A stretch of 64,000 bases of DNA from Hormiphora californensis (GCA_020137815.1 CM035354.1:7378001-7442000), one strand, 5' to 3'; positions 1 to 13,129 are shown, counted from the stretch's first letter. Notes: a model not told the origin generated them from the letters alone. Numbers and translations: made by a program.

Positions 1-1224
1 ATGGTTAGATTTTGGCAAACTATTGAGATGTGCTTACTGAAAAAAGGATAACTTGATTTTCTCGTTTTTTGCGATTTTTTAACTTTTGAAAGAATTCTGA
101 TTGAAATGGCCAATCAGGGCCATGCTAAAGTTGTTTATGGGACAATTTTCGACCAAAATCCAAGATTTCATGCAAATCCAATGACAGATCATTGATTTAT
201 AGAAAGTTGAAATAGGCAAAAAAGGCCAATTTTTACCATGAAAACAAAAATACACATTTTTTTTCTTGTCAATTTCCATTAACAACTGGTACGGGTACCT
301 AGGTAGGGTCCCTACCTATTTTTTGCACGTAGAATCGATTGCCGGTGGAGTGGATCCTCTTAAATGATTGGAAAGCGGTCGAAATGTCATTTTTTGGAAG
401 TTTTTGGACCTCCAAAAAATGGCATTTTGACCGCTTTTCCAATCATTTAAGAGGATCCACTCCACCGGCAATCGATTCTACGTGCAAAAATAGGTAGGGT
501 ACCAGTTGTTGATGGAAATTGACAAGAAAAAAATGTGTATTTTTGTTTTCATGGTAAAAATTGGCCTTTTTTGCCTATTTCAACTTTCTATAGATCAATG
601 ATCTGTCATTGGATTTGCATGAAATCTTGGATTTTGGTCGAAAATTGTCCCATAAACAACTTTAGCATGGCCCTGATTGGCCATTTCAATCAGAATTCTT
701 TCAAAAGTTAAAAAATCGCAAAAAACGAGAAAATCAAGTTATCCTTTTTTCAGTAAGCACATCTCAATAGTTTGCCAAAATCTAACCATGAATCGGATAT
801 ACATGAAATTTTGGGATCCCGTAGAAAAATCACCATTTTAACGATTGGCGCTATTGCCAACTTCCTATCTCAACGTTTTCAATGGTTAAAGGGCCAAAAA
901 CCTCAAAAAAATGACAAAATTCCCATATTTGACAATTTTCCGGTCATTTTAGAGATTTCTCTCCACCGGCAATCGATTCCTCGTGCAAAAATAGGTCTTG
1001 TATACTTATTTTATGTCAATCAGATATTTCATCAAACGGCAGTCAAGTAAGTTATGCACAAATTTGGACCAAAAACCAGTTTTTTCGATTTTGACAAAAA
1101 TTTCCCCCGATAACATATACTTTTCTCACCGTGGGGATGTTCAGGAAGGCCTCCTGGGTCACCCCCAACAAAAGTTTGTTTTGTGGGCTCAACTTTGGGT
1201 TGACGATCCTTCTGGTGCACCGTG
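1..1224. mobile_element. Giant palindromic (fold-back) non-autonomous DNA transposon, Chapaev-like terminus; left end lies outside the window
   Basis: 1-~400 is the near-perfect reverse complement of ~408-789 (centre ~404). Element-like sequence continues to ...TCTGGTGCACCGTG at 1224, a CACGGTG terminus like the CACGGCG ends of 46601-48080, with which it shares internal motifs. TSD cannot be checked because the left end is missing. Confidence 0.7.
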
Positions 1225-1440
1225 ACCATCGACTCAGAGACAAGCAACATATTGACATTTTTAATTTCAAAGAATGAAAGTGTGTGTGAATGTGTGAGGA
1301 TACTGGTTATGGCTGAATGGTGGGGGAACCAATCTGAGTATGCTAATCAAGGGGGATTCTGAGTGTGAGAATCAGGGGGAGTTATGGTTTTTTACAATGA
1401 TTACTTTAACTGTTTAATACCCTTTTTGTGTGTGCGTGTG

Positions 1441-3468
1441 TTACTTACTTTTGTTACTTTTGGAGGCTTCGTAGGATCCTAGCAGGCCATCCCTTTCTCA
1501 GGACCACCGGAAACTGCCCAATCGAGCAGTGAGTTATCGTTACAGTAACCATAGCCAGCAATTGGAGGCTGGTCAGGTATGGTATCGAGATGACGCTGTA
1601 GTGACGTCTTAAAGGCCGAGAGAGGGTAGGCCTCAGTTACAGTTGCCGGGAGGGTGTTCCAGAGACGAGGTGCTCTCACTGTAAAGCTATTTTCAAAGAG
1701 AGATTTCGCTCGCCGGCCTCTGGTATCCGGAATGGCAGGAACAACGGCCCTGATCCCGAGTCTGCTAGGGGGCCTAAAAGCGATGCCCAGGTTGTTGGGG
1801 ACTAGACCGTGCAGGGTTTTCCAAATAAGGATGATGGAGTAGCGTTCACGGCGTCTCTGAAGAGAGGAGAGGCCCAGATTTTGGAGGCGGTCCCAGTAGT
1901 TATCACCAGAGTTGGATATCCTAGCAATGAAGGATCTTTGAACACCTTCGAGGAGCCTGATGTCGCTGACCAGGTGAGGGTCCCACAGGGGGCAGGCATA
2001 CTCTAGGTGGCTTCTGACCAGAGACTTGTACAAGGTCAGCATCGTGGTTCTATCCCTGGTGCCAAATACACTTAGAGCCCAGCTAGCCATGGAGCGGCCC
2101 CTATTGGCTATAGCAGCAATGTGTTTGGACCAGGAGAGGTCACAGGAAACTAGGGTACCAAGGTCTCTTACGTTTGAGGACTCATCGAGGTATCCAGAGG
2201 GAGTCATGTACTGACGGAGGCTGGCTGTTTCCGGAAGTTCCTTGAGGAGGGACAGGGAGGAACTAGTAGGCTCTGAGATAATCAGTTCAAATTTCTTGTC
2301 GTGGAGCTGTAGGTTGTTGCGCTGGGCCCAAGAAATCGCAGCTGACAAGTCGGATTGGAGCAGAGATACGTCTCTCGAGGAGGTGATGTGTTTGGAGAGA
2401 CGGGTGTCATCCGCGAAGAACCGTATCACTGAGTGCATGATGACATCCTCTAGGTCGTTGACAAAGAGGAGAAATAGGATAGGGGCAAGCACGGTGCCTT
2501 GTGGGACGCCGCTGAGAATTAGGGAAATACGGGAGAGGGAACCTTGGACCGCCACGGTTTGGGTACGACCAATCAGGAATGAGGCTATCCAGTCAGTAAT
2601 CTGGGTAGGGAAGCCGTAAGATTCCATTTTGGAAAGCAGGAGGCGGTGGTCGACTCGGTCAAAGGCACGAGAGAAATCCAGGAAGATGGTGTCTGTTGCA
2701 GACCCCTCGATTAAACCCTCGATAACGTCATCGATATGACTCAGGAGCTGGGTGAGACAGCTGTGGCCCGCTCGAAAACCATGTTGGTTGTCAGAGATGA
2801 TATTGTTCTCCTCTATGAAAGACACAAAGTGCTTTCTCATTACCCTTTCAAAGGACTTCATGATATGAGAGGTCATAGATATAGGGCGGTAGTTGCTGGG
2901 ATCGGAGGAGGACCCCTTTTTGTGGAGGGGAGTGATAGTCGCACGTTTATAGTAGTCTGGTACCTTGCGCAGTTCGACTGACTCTCTCAATAGTAGTGCA
3001 AGGGGAACAGCCACCTCAGTCCTACACTCTCTCAGGAATACCGCTGGAACACCATCCGGTCCAGAACCGGAAGTAGGATTGAGTTCTTTTAGGGCAGCAA
3101 TGAGATCCCCTTGAATATCGGTATACAGGAGATCAGGGAATGGTGTGGAGATGGTAGGAGGGGTAACGTTGATGGAAAGACCCGGGGCACATGGATCGGA
3201 AAAGGATTCGGTAAACTTGTCCTGGAAAAGATCAGCTATTGAGGTGGGATCCGAAACAGCGTTCCCTTTAGAATCGAAAAGAAGGCCAATCTCAGTTTGG
3301 AGCTTGTTCATCTGTTTGGCGAAACTATAAAAAGCCTTGGGGTTGGTTTTCATAGTTTTAACCACTGACTTCTCCTTCTTCTCTCTTAGATTGTTCAGGG
3401 CTTCGCCCAGTTCGAACTCTGTGGAGGCAAGTTGGTCCGTAGCAGCAGATATTGAAGCGGGATTGGGA
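1441..3468 (-). mobile_element. 5'-truncated CR1-group LINE inserted in a (CA)n tract
   Basis: Contains the RT ORF 1479-3365, open a little further upstream. Short AAAAGTAAC/AGTA 3' tail at ~1441-1462; CA/GT repeats on both flanks (1428-1440 and 3469-3540). Confidence 0.9.
1479..3365 (-). CDS. LINE ORF2 reverse transcriptase, lacking the endonuclease (5' truncated)
   Basis: NYRPISMTS, QHGFRAGHSC, FLDFSRAFDRVDH, GVPQGTVLAP and FADDT motifs, plus CR1-type C-terminal LSSLQRRRER and RAPRLWNTLP. Confidence 0.93.
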   Translation of the reverse strand: MVKTMKTNPKAFYSFAKQMNKLQTEIGLLFDSKGNAVSDPTSIADLFQDKFTESFSDPCAPGLSINVTPPTISTPFPDLLYTDIQGDLIAALKELNPTSGSGPDGVPAVFLRECRTEVAVPLALLLRESVELRKVPDYYKRATITPLHKKGSSSDPSNYRPISMTSHIMKSFERVMRKHFVSFIEENNIISDNQHGFRAGHSCLTQLLSHIDDVIEGLIEGSATDTIFLDFSRAFDRVDHRLLLSKMESYGFPTQITDWIASFLIGRTQTVAVQGSLSRISLILSGVPQGTVLAPILFLLFVNDLEDVIMHSVIRFFADDTRLSKHITSSRDVSLLQSDLSAAISWAQRNNLQLHDKKFELIISEPTSSSLSLLKELPETASLRQYMTPSGYLDESSNVRDLGTLVSCDLSWSKHIAAIANRGRSMASWALSVFGTRDRTTMLTLYKSLVRSHLEYACPLWDPHLVSDIRLLEGVQRSFIARISNSGDNYWDRLQNLGLSSLQRRRERYSIILIWKTLHGLVPNNLGIAFRPPSRLGIRAVVPAIPDTRGRRAKSLFENSFTVRAPRLWNTLPATVTEAYPLSAFKTSLQRHLDTIPDQPPIAGYGYCNDNSLLDWAVSGGPEKGMAC

Positions 3469-3540
3469 GGTGTGAGTGTGTGTGTGTGTGTGTGTGTGAG
3501 TGTGTGTGTGTGTGTGAGTGTGTGTGTGTGTGTGTGTGTG
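3469..3540. repeat. (GT)n microsatellite
   Basis: Directly visible. Confidence 0.95.
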
Positions 3541-3883
3541 AAAGAGATACAGGGTGTCCCAAGTCACTGTTCATGATGATATTATGTGGAATTCGAGAGC
3601 AGATTTAACTCGTGATTTTGATTCTTGTTTTTAATTAATAATCCAGGGACAATTTGCGCCGAATACACCGCGTAAAAGTTGAAAAAGAGAGAAGGAGAGA
3701 GTGATGTACTGTATTTTATATGAGAGACAACGTATTCATAAAAAGTGAAAAACTGTTGGAAATATTTTCAAAAAATCTCTTTTGTGTTCCACAATTGTGG
3801 ATAATTTTATCCGCAATATCACCGTGAGAGATATGTTATAGTGGATATATGATTCTTCTCTAATTAGTGTAATTGGAAGTGAT

Positions 3884-3936
3884 CACGCTAATTAAATGGC
3901 GTCCCACTAATAGTGGGACGCCATTTAATTAGCGTG
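3884..3936. repeat. Perfect 53-bp hairpin (26-bp arms, 1-nt loop)
   Basis: CACGCTAATTAAATGGCGTCCCACTA-A-TAGTGGGACGCCATTTAATTAGCGTG. Confidence 0.9.
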
Positions 3937-4305
3937 GGCCACTAATCAGGCCCCACTATTATTCACCCCCTGTTATTCACATGGGTACATTTATCACATG
4001 TACAACACATATTGTGTTGTGTGATACACACATGTTTTAAATATATCGCTTCACATTTTATGCGGCAAGAACGAGAGTATTTTTATCGGACTTTTTGTCG
4101 TTGTTTGTTTGTGTGAAAGAGAGTGAGAGTGGTAGTTTAAAGGACATGGATGCAATGATTTTGTTTAACTACACAGTACACACTACACATCCTGGTAAAA
4201 CTTGTTGTCAACAAGATTTTGCATTTCACTCTCTAATCTGAGCGTGCAGCAGTTTGCTTTGGTTTTGTAAAGAGGGAAGCTAGATGTCATTTTGTTGCCA
4301 TATTA

Positions 4306-4400
4306 CAGTGGTGCTCCGTCATATTGGCCGCCCGTTGGTCGTCGTGGACAACGCTTTGGTCGGCACTGTGCAGTCGGCCAATATGACGGAGCACCACCAG
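4306..4400. mobile_element. ~95-bp mini-MITE, probably Tc1/pogo-like
   Basis: 23-bp inverted repeat GTGGTGCTCCGTCATATTGGCCG / CGGCCAATATGACGGAGCACCAC. Left end reads TA|CAGTGG; right end is imperfect. Confidence 0.55.
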
Positions 4401-5539
4401 TTACAGTTACCCAGTTCAACGCCGCTTTCCCCCTAACATGTGATTAATAGATCATGGTGTGTGAATTGAATATGGATGATGCACTATAAATCTGTAAATA
4501 TATTAACTCCTATATATTCAACAACGTGTATGTGACACATGACTCTCTATTACTGCATACCTCAGATATTTTTGTATATCCCCCCACACATCTCTTTGAA
4601 AATACCCTAATTTCTTGTGTTTTTAATTTTCTTTAGGAAACTACCTACTCAAAGTGGAAATTGAGCTAATAGTGATCGGTTGGTGGGGGGGCTGTCTGGC
4701 GGTGCCAGACCCCGTTTTGACGGTTTGTTCAGACCGACAGGGTGAAATAATCAAGGTGGCCATCAGTTAATTAAGTGGTTTTTTGAAACGGGATACAAAT
4801 GTTCTGCAAGTTGTATAAGAAGAATTAGAATAACAACTGACAGAACACAGAGCTTAGTAACTAGTAATATAGCAACGGCCCCCTTAGCAACACACATAGC
4901 AACCAGTAAGCAATACATTCAAATACAATATACAACTGTTATATACCATCTGAATTGTCCCCAGAACCCTCTCACTTTTGTGTAAGGGACATGTCACCCC
5001 TTACTCTCACAACTCTCACTCACTCTTTCAGTCCATACATGTGTCTCTTTAGCTTCATACTATCTCTCCCTCGCTCACACAATCTGTTTTATCACGCTCA
5101 CTGAGCAGCTCGATCCCCTGGTATTTCTCTCATCTCACCCTCACACAGCCTCGTTGTTTAGTGGGGATGTTGTTCCCCTGCTGTCCGCTGATCCTGCTGT
5201 CTGGAATGCTTTCACACTATCCTTTGCCATCTTTGCCTTTCGCTCCACTGAGTTTTTCCTGGGAGAGGTTGTTGTGTAACTAGGGATAAGAGATGGCATT
5301 GCATTTTCATGTGTTTTGATTTTAAGCTCATGTTTAAAACCGAAATTTCGCGAAATCACGTGTCCAACATGATCAGACCACGCACAGTATATATCTACTC
5401 ATGTTGTGATCTCTGTACACAGTACTGGCATGATTCTACATAGTACTGGCATGCGTACTAATTGTGTCCTAACTCACTCATGTGAAGTATAAATACATGA
5501 TCATATTTGTGTCCTGTCCTTCTCACTCACTTATTATAT

Positions 5540-5911
5540 GGTAGGCGGTAAATGTTAACCAGATCTGTGAGAATTTCGCACGTTTTTGCCCATTACTCAG
5601 CCATTCCTTGACCAATTTGCAAAATCTTTGGCTCATTGGAAAGAGGACATTGAGATCTCTCAAATGAGCCCAATAAAACTAAAATCGGCGCAAATTGCGC
5701 GGCGTGGTGGCGAAAACACGCATTTTGCGCCATGACGCCGCGCATTTTGCGCCGATTTTAGTTTTATTGGGCTCATTTGAAAGAGCTCAATGTCCTCTTT
5801 CCAACGCGCCCAAGATTTTGCAAATTGGCCAAGAAATGACTGAGTTATGGACAAAAACGTGGTTTTGCACGTACGTTTTCTCTCAGATCTGGTTAACATT
5901 TACCGCCTACC
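5540..5911. mobile_element. Mutator/MULE-like palindromic MITE (372 bp)
   Basis: TIR GGTAGGCGGTAAATGTTAACCAGATCTG; exact 9-bp TSD TTATTATAT (5531-5539 and 5912-5920); arms complementary almost to the centre (~5720). Confidence 0.85.
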
Positions 5912-6318
5912 TTATTATATTAGTATTGACATGTGTAGATATAATATGCTAATTGTGTCGACACACAGTGTCCTAACTCACTTATTATCCTCGGATTCTA
6001 GATAGCACAGGACAATGACGTATAGCACACATATCGGGATGAGGACTATGGGTAGGATGAGGTCATTAGTCGAGAGATCCATACCGGACTCATAGTGATC
6101 TGGGGAAGAGAGAGTAGTGTCAGGGTGGTGAGTAGGGGGAGAAGGCGACGCCTGACTGATAGTACTCTGGGGAAGAGAGGGGGATTAAAGTTAGGGGTGG
6201 TCCGAATATGGGGAGTACTGGGGGCTGGGGTGCTCAGGAAAGTAGGGGTAGAAGACTAGAAGAATGAAAATTGGGGTAGGAGAAGGTGTGAATTGTATTT
6301 GTAGTTAGGGTTAGGGTT

Positions 6319-6410
6319 GTTACTATGGTAACAACCACCTCCCCAACCATAGTTACTATGGTAACCAGCATCTCCCCAGCCATTGTTACTATGGTAACAA
6401 GCATCTCCCC
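6319..6410. repeat. 33-bp tandem repeat x3, each with GTTACTATGGTAAC
   Basis: Motif at 6319-6332, 6352-6365 and 6385-6398. Confidence 0.85.
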
Positions 6411-8685
6411 TGCAACCGACCTGTGCAGTTAAGAATAAGATCTGTAGCACAGCTCCCACTATGCTCCACCACCTTACAGTCCGAGATTAGATCCAACTTC
6501 TTCTCACATTCAGCCATGATCCCCCTACTGGGCATGTCATCGGACCATGTGTAATTACTGGAATCAGAGATATCCGAATATCCACCATACCCAGAATATC
6601 TGTAGGGAAAGGGATGGGATTATACTTGGCTCTGGTTTTGTATGGAGCGGGATATTTAGTCAATCTGTATGGCGCCGTTTTTATCGCGCTCAAATCGAGT
6701 CGGCGTCGCGAGACAGGTCAATGCGGAAGGAGGTTCTGAACATGATATCAGGGTTCAGCTGTTGTTCTACAACTTGTAGTAGACGTGGAAATTATAGGTA
6801 TTGGCTGGAATATCTCCCGGTAGATTAGAATATATCATGCCCGTGCCATAGCTTTAATCTAGTATTCTCACTCTTTATCTCTCTCCCGATCTCACACGCA
6901 CATTTAGAGCGGCGTTCATTTGGGTGTTAGGTATAATAACTAGGTTATAATAACTAGGTTATAATGACCCAGCGCAGCTCATTTAATGCCACCACGCCAT
7001 TATAACACATGTGACATGCATATAATGGTGTATGAGAAGTAATTCCATTTTTAACAGCAAACTAAATAGCTCAAAATTTATAGGTTATAGGGGTTCTATT
7101 AAACACAGTGTACACTGTATACACATGTACGACGTGTACAGTGTACACTGTACACATAACAGTACAGTGTACACTGTACAGTTTTACACTGTACTTACAC
7201 ACACAGGACGTATTTAGTGTTGTTCCCGTTTTGGCCCATTCCCGAATTGCACACTGTCCTATTAGCGGTAGAGTTACTGAGGGTGAACTTTGCAATTGCC
7301 CATCCGGTCCCGTTTGTAGCGCTCTCCCCGCTCGTGGGGTAACTGATACCGTACGCTGGAAGGGGAGAGGAATTATTATAGGAGCTGATTTCACGAGGTA
7401 CAGGCAGGCCGTTCAGGAGAAAGGGGGAGCATCAGCGCAGGACAGGACAACGGTTTGGGTGGATTTTTTTTGGATCGGGAGATATTGTGCACTTCTTCAA
7501 TGAAGGGTAGGGAGATAAAGAAAGGGAATGAACAATTGCCACACACTTCCTAATCCGGTATAATTAGAATCTGGTGACGGGGGGGGGGGGGGTAGAAAAC
7601 ACTCAAAGTCAATCTGGTGAAGGGGGATCCAAAATTTCAAACTGGTGAGAGAGAGGGGGTAAAAGACAATTCGACAGGGGGTGAACTGATAGAAAACAAC
7701 AAGTTAACAGTGGGGTGGGAGATAGAAAACAACAAGTTGACACTGACAGGGGCAGGTGCCGGGGAGACCTGGGAGATAGAAAACTGTACTCACTCCATTC
7801 TGTGTACTCGGCGAGTAGAAATCCCTGCAGCAGGACCACAACACACACTGCCAGCCAACTCATATCTTGTACTGCGTAGTTATTCCAGTGATATTATCCC
7901 TCTCCGCAGTAACTGTATACACGCTAAATCAAAGAGAGAGAAAGATAGAAAGAAAGAGAGATAGAGAGAGAAAGAGATGAGTGTCCCAAAACAACCTGGA
8001 CGTTTAAATTCAATACGATCAATGCTCTAGCTTGTTGTGTGAGGCATTAGCACTGAGATATAATTACACTCAAGGCAAGCATGTGAAAATACACGTGCCA
8101 TCAAACGGCTTGGGAAAGGAGACTAAAACTATTATAGAGCCCCAAGGCAAAGGAAAGACGGGCCGAATAGTACTATAGAGAGGGGGAGGGGCATACACTG
8201 TACACTGTACAGTACCAAAAACCTAGAACCAAAACAGCAGGGGGTTTCTTGGGTGGCTTACACCGATATTTTATAAAATGAAGAGCGCTCTGTGAGGGTT
8301 CGGTAGATCAAGAGGTTTCCTACATCGAAGGGTGTGTGTATAAACCATAAAGAATTGGCTCTGTAACAGCACCTCAAAGATGCACACACACGAATAGAGT
8401 TTCACACGGCTAGGAGTGTGTTTCCTTTGTCATAAATTAGAAAGCACTCTTCTCTTATGTTGAGGAACAAAAACTCAGCAACTTTTCTCAGAAAGGGTCC
8501 CTACAGTCAGTGCAATGCCTGACCACTTGCCTCGCTCCGATTCGACACTGTCGAATCGGAACGAGGAAAGTCGAGGACAGTGCGCTCAGATAGGGTCGTC
8601 GCTGCTAGACAAACAGACTAAAAAACACGAGAGTAGGGGAGTAAAAAATGCAACATATAGAGGGTAGTTGTTTTTGTTTAAACTA

Positions 8686-9562
8686 CAGTCGGACCCCGAT
8701 TTAGTGGCATCCTCGGGGGAAAAAATCCTGCCACTAAATCGGGGTGCCACTAAATCGGGGCGAGCCATATTTGGCCCATAAAAACCTATTTTATGCCAAA
8801 AATGCTATACTAAGACTAAAGACACCTCTAACTGTTATATTATGCAATATTCATGTATTGATGACATGATCATTTCTGATTAGAAATAGAAAACTATAGA
8901 ATAACTTTTTCAAAAAAATTGTGAAAAATTTTCAAAGTTATACCAGCCCGTCCGATTTGTGTTTCGAATCGGTGCAGCTTCCTGGATGTCCTGTCTAATT
9001 AGCGGGTTCGAAACGAACCGATACGTGATACCATGCCGAATCGGGGCACCCTAAGCGGGTGAGGAAGTATCAAAATTTCAAAATAACTTTTTCTCTCAAA
9101 ATTTATGGGGAGCACCGATCAAAGCATTGACAATCGTGCTGTAAAATTTTGCAAAAAAAAGTTGTGAATTTTTTAAAGGTATACCAGCCACGTCCGAATC
9201 GTGTTTCGAATCGGTGCCTCTTATCGCATGTCCTGCTGCTAATTAGACGGTTCGGAACAAATCGAAACGTGATCCCCATCGAATCGAAATTTTGACGCTT
9301 GGTGAACTTATGATTCAATGGCCCCATAGGGATCACGTATCGGTTCGTTCCAAACCGTCTAATTAGCAGCATGACATGCGATAAGAATTAAGATTCACTG
9401 ATTCGAAACACGATTCGGACGTGGCTGGTATTCCTTTGAAAAACTTTCAAAAAAATTTCAAAAAAATTTCACAAAAAATTTTAAAAAATTTTTGGGGAAA
9501 AAAATCCTGCCACTAAATCGGGGTGCCACTAAATCGGGGGCCACTAAATCGGGGTCCGACTG
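8686..9562. mobile_element. pogo/Tc1-mariner-like non-autonomous element (877 bp) carrying internal modules
   Basis: TA TSD; TIR CAGTCGGACCCCGATTTAGTGGC; subterminal GCCACTAAATCGGGG repeats; same ends as 57615-57786. Confidence 0.88.
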
Positions 9563-10317
9563 TAGTAGATATTAAAAAAAGACAGGTGTCATTTTTCGTT
9601 CTTCGATTTTAGCAGCTTCTAGCAGCATCTAGAGCCAGGAATGGTGTTGTAACAGGTCCTAGATAATTGCAATTATGTTCATAATGAACATAGTTACAGG
9701 ACGGTATGAAGACCAGATCACTTGTAATTGTAAAATGATTCAAGTGACGTCAGAATGAGTCATACTAAACAATCCGTTTAACATTGTCATACTATGACTA
9801 TGTTTCAATGACGTAGTGTGTATACAGTGTACAATGTACATTGTACACACTAATTCACTGTATAGTGTACACTGTGTCGTGTACAATGTACATCAACATG
9901 GCGGATTGCACACACAAATGTACAAATTGTACAAACTAAATGTTTCAAAACCGAATAAAGAGTAAGTCAGTAAGAAACCTGAAGGCTACCTATATAATAC
10001 CTACACATTGCATATATCAGATATATTCATATTTCTTAGAAACTCATATCTACCCACATCCAATACCCATAATATTATTCATCTTATCCCTACTTCTAAG
10101 AAACAAACTAACCCACATTATAGTATTGGGAGGTACGAGACATTTCTATTCATTATCCTAATAATAATGAGAATTAGCATGTGTGAGATTCTATAAGGAA
10201 TGAACAGCATGTACAGACCTACCTTGTCTTGCTACTACAGACCTAAGCTTTGACTTGCCCAGACTGTAGTCCAGGACAGTGCCCTCAACACTCGTTACGG
10301 TCTAACTTAGACCAGGT

Positions 10318-10391
10318 CTGTCTGGCGCCCCGCAGACCCCATCTGAGCGCACCATTTGAGAATCAAATCAGGGTCTGGGGCCGCCAGACAG
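10318..10391. repeat. Member of a dispersed ~50-75 bp inverted-repeat family (CTGTCTGGCG...CGCCAGACAG)
   Basis: Close copy at 15702-15771; more diverged copies at ~4692-4743, ~10441-10489, ~17576-17604 and ~21949-22001. Confidence 0.65.
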
Positions 10392-10742
10392 CCCTAACTG
10401 TAGTTCAAAAAAGAGTTTGAACAAAACAAGTTTTGCTATGACCCTGTCTGTTGGCGCCGATCTGAGCAACCCGTCAGGACCGGCGCCGCTATTATAGACA
10501 ACTCTATACTAATCCAGCCTAGTTCCAAGATGGTTTTTGGGAGGCCCATGGGGGTAAATCAATTTGCACCGTCTATACTTTTGGTTAGTTAAATCGGGTG
10601 CTATCAAAGAGCAATAAAAGGTGCGAGCCTGCTAGTGAGACATGATGTGTGTTGTGAGGGCACGAGAAACAATACACAAATCATATAACATTAGAAATAC
10701 AGAGCGGGGGCTATAACATACACTGGTGATCATCACATCCCC

Positions 10743-10746
<4 letters not shown>

Positions 10747-10835
<89 letters not shown>
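10747..10835. repeat. (CT)n microsatellite; others at ~13133-13210, 13480-13545, 25345-25417, 39303-39375 and 48702-48790
   Basis: Directly visible. Confidence 0.95.
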
Positions 10836-10841
<6 letters not shown>

Positions 10842-13129
10842 ATCCTCTCAAACGTAGGTAGCTTGCACCCCACACACTGTAAGCAATGCGATACAAATAT
10901 TTTTAATTTCACGGCAATTATTTCACCCTGGCGAGGCAGTAAAGAATTTTAAAGAAAGTTTACAGTCGGTATTAACTTTTTGAACAACCGGGGTCCAATA
11001 CTCCAATAACCGAGACGAGAAAACGAAATAAAATACGGGAGAAAATTATAGAAGGAAAATCGGAGAAAAATAGCCAGCGATATAACCGCTGGAAACCGAG
11101 CCAAATACCGCAGAATATTAGAAATAAATAATAAGATGCCAGAGAATGGAACATCAGAAGGTTATAATATCAACTGCTAGGATCTGTAGTGGCATGGGAG
11201 CCCTTTTCCTGTTCCCTGCAAGAGAAAGTATGACAGAAGTGACACAGAGAGACAGCACAGAGAGAAAGGGAGTGAGAAACATAGAGTATAGGAGAAAGGG
11301 AGAAAGTTTGGCAGCGAAGCTGCCAACTAGACTTCGTCGCGCGCCACGTACAGGGGATAGCACGACGTGCCCAAGGAGAAAGTGCATACGAAGAAGGGAG
11401 ACCGAGAGGTAGCGCCACAGAGAGAACGAGAAGGAGAATCAGATATTTGACAGTGGTATTGATTCTCTAGTGTAGTGGGGAAGATACATCAAGTGATCAA
11501 ATACTCACATGGGGGTGATATAACTGTAATGTACATATTGTGGATGTGTAATGTACATTGCACAGTGTGTAATGTATAGTTTCTACACTAGAAATGTATA
11601 GTGTACACTGTACATAGCTGCTATGTGTACACTGTACACTTTATTTTAGAACATCAACCTGTGGTACACTAAATGTATAGTTGTACATTTTTAGGAAACA
11701 CCAACAAAATAGCCCACTGCACAAGTTGTTGCAGAACTTTATTTTAAATTTGATGCATTTCGGGTTCTGATTGTTGTAAAATTGTGCAAGATGAATGGAA
11801 CTCAGGGCAATTTTATTCTACTTAAAAACAGGTCCACCACGGCAGCTTGAACAATTGTAGAAATTGCTGCTACTACAGTTCATAACATGAACCGTGTCTA
11901 ATTCATACCATGGCACTGACATGCTTGATGCTTGGTAGTGCCAGGTTTGATTATGAGAAATCAGGTTTAATTCTGGGAAATACCACGTGATATTCGATGA
12001 GCATTGCACACAAAAGCTCGTTCTAAATACAGGAGATACTGCGAGAGAAAGATGGAGAGAAAGAGTGAGTCTGCTAGTCTGCTCATATATTCATAGTGAA
12101 CAAGTTCAACAAAAAGATTGTTCATCGAGAAATTCAAGAGTGCTATCGCATAATTGATGAATAATTGAATGACAAAAACGGCCAATTATTCTTCAAAAGT
12201 TCTAGCTGACAACAAGTGCCAATATTGGAACTTTTGAAGATAGCGATACAGTATTCCTCTAAGTTAGAGGAATGCTTTCAGTTTTATTTATAGAGTCTAA
12301 CCCATCAACACAACTATAGAGGTGGTATGTTGTTGAGTAAGTTACTCAACAAGTGGTATGAGAAAATGCTAAGAGCTCCAACACAACTACTGCAGCAGTA
12401 GAGAAAGTTATAAGTTGCTGAAAATATATAGACCAGCAGACTTTGCATATGGCCATACATTTCTAAAAAGCATATATCCAAAACGATATATTCACACGGG
12501 AGATAGTGAACAAGGTGTGTACAAGGCCACGATGTGGTCGCCACATAGACCCAGCAAAAAACATCATTCATTTTACATAGAGTTGCAATTTGGAGAGAGA
12601 AACACAATAATTTTGTGTCTTTGGAAAAATGTGTAATCATGCTCTATAAAGCTCTAAATGAACGGTACAACAAGCAGAGGAGAGAGAGGGAGGGAGAGAA
12701 AGAGTATAACTGTACAAGCAACCTAAAGCACGAGAAGGAGTGCTTGTTGTTGTAAAGGAGAAGTCGAGGAGGGAGAGCCAGAGAGAGCTAGAGAGAGAGC
12801 TAGACAGATACCAGAGAGAGCGAGATAGACCAAATGTCTATAGTTCTACGGAAGACTCTCTTGTGGTTCTATCTCGCCATGAGACAATTGATAGCATCAC
12901 AAGAGCATGCATGCTAGGCAGGCTGTATTCGGGCCCGGTGTGAAAACCGATAGACATGTCAAATGCTATCCAGTTCATGGCAAGACAAGTTTTTGGAGAA
13001 AAAAGGAAGGAGACGATTCGAAACAGAACTTCTTGGCATTGAATTCAGCGAAAGACTTTTATGGAGTTTTAGATTGGGCAATATAGAGAACCAAGAAGAG
13101 ACTAAGGCTGGGTGAACAGACAGAAAAGA

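Noticed and set aside
5141-5359. Possible THAP-domain remnant (LKIKTHENAMPSL)
   Set aside because: Only a weak AVPTL-like motif; the C2CH ligands cannot be found.
7100-7200. TGTACA/GTGTACAC-rich patches (also ~9820-9930 and ~11520-11690)
   Set aside because: Degenerate simple repeats without defined ends or structure beyond the palindromic unit.
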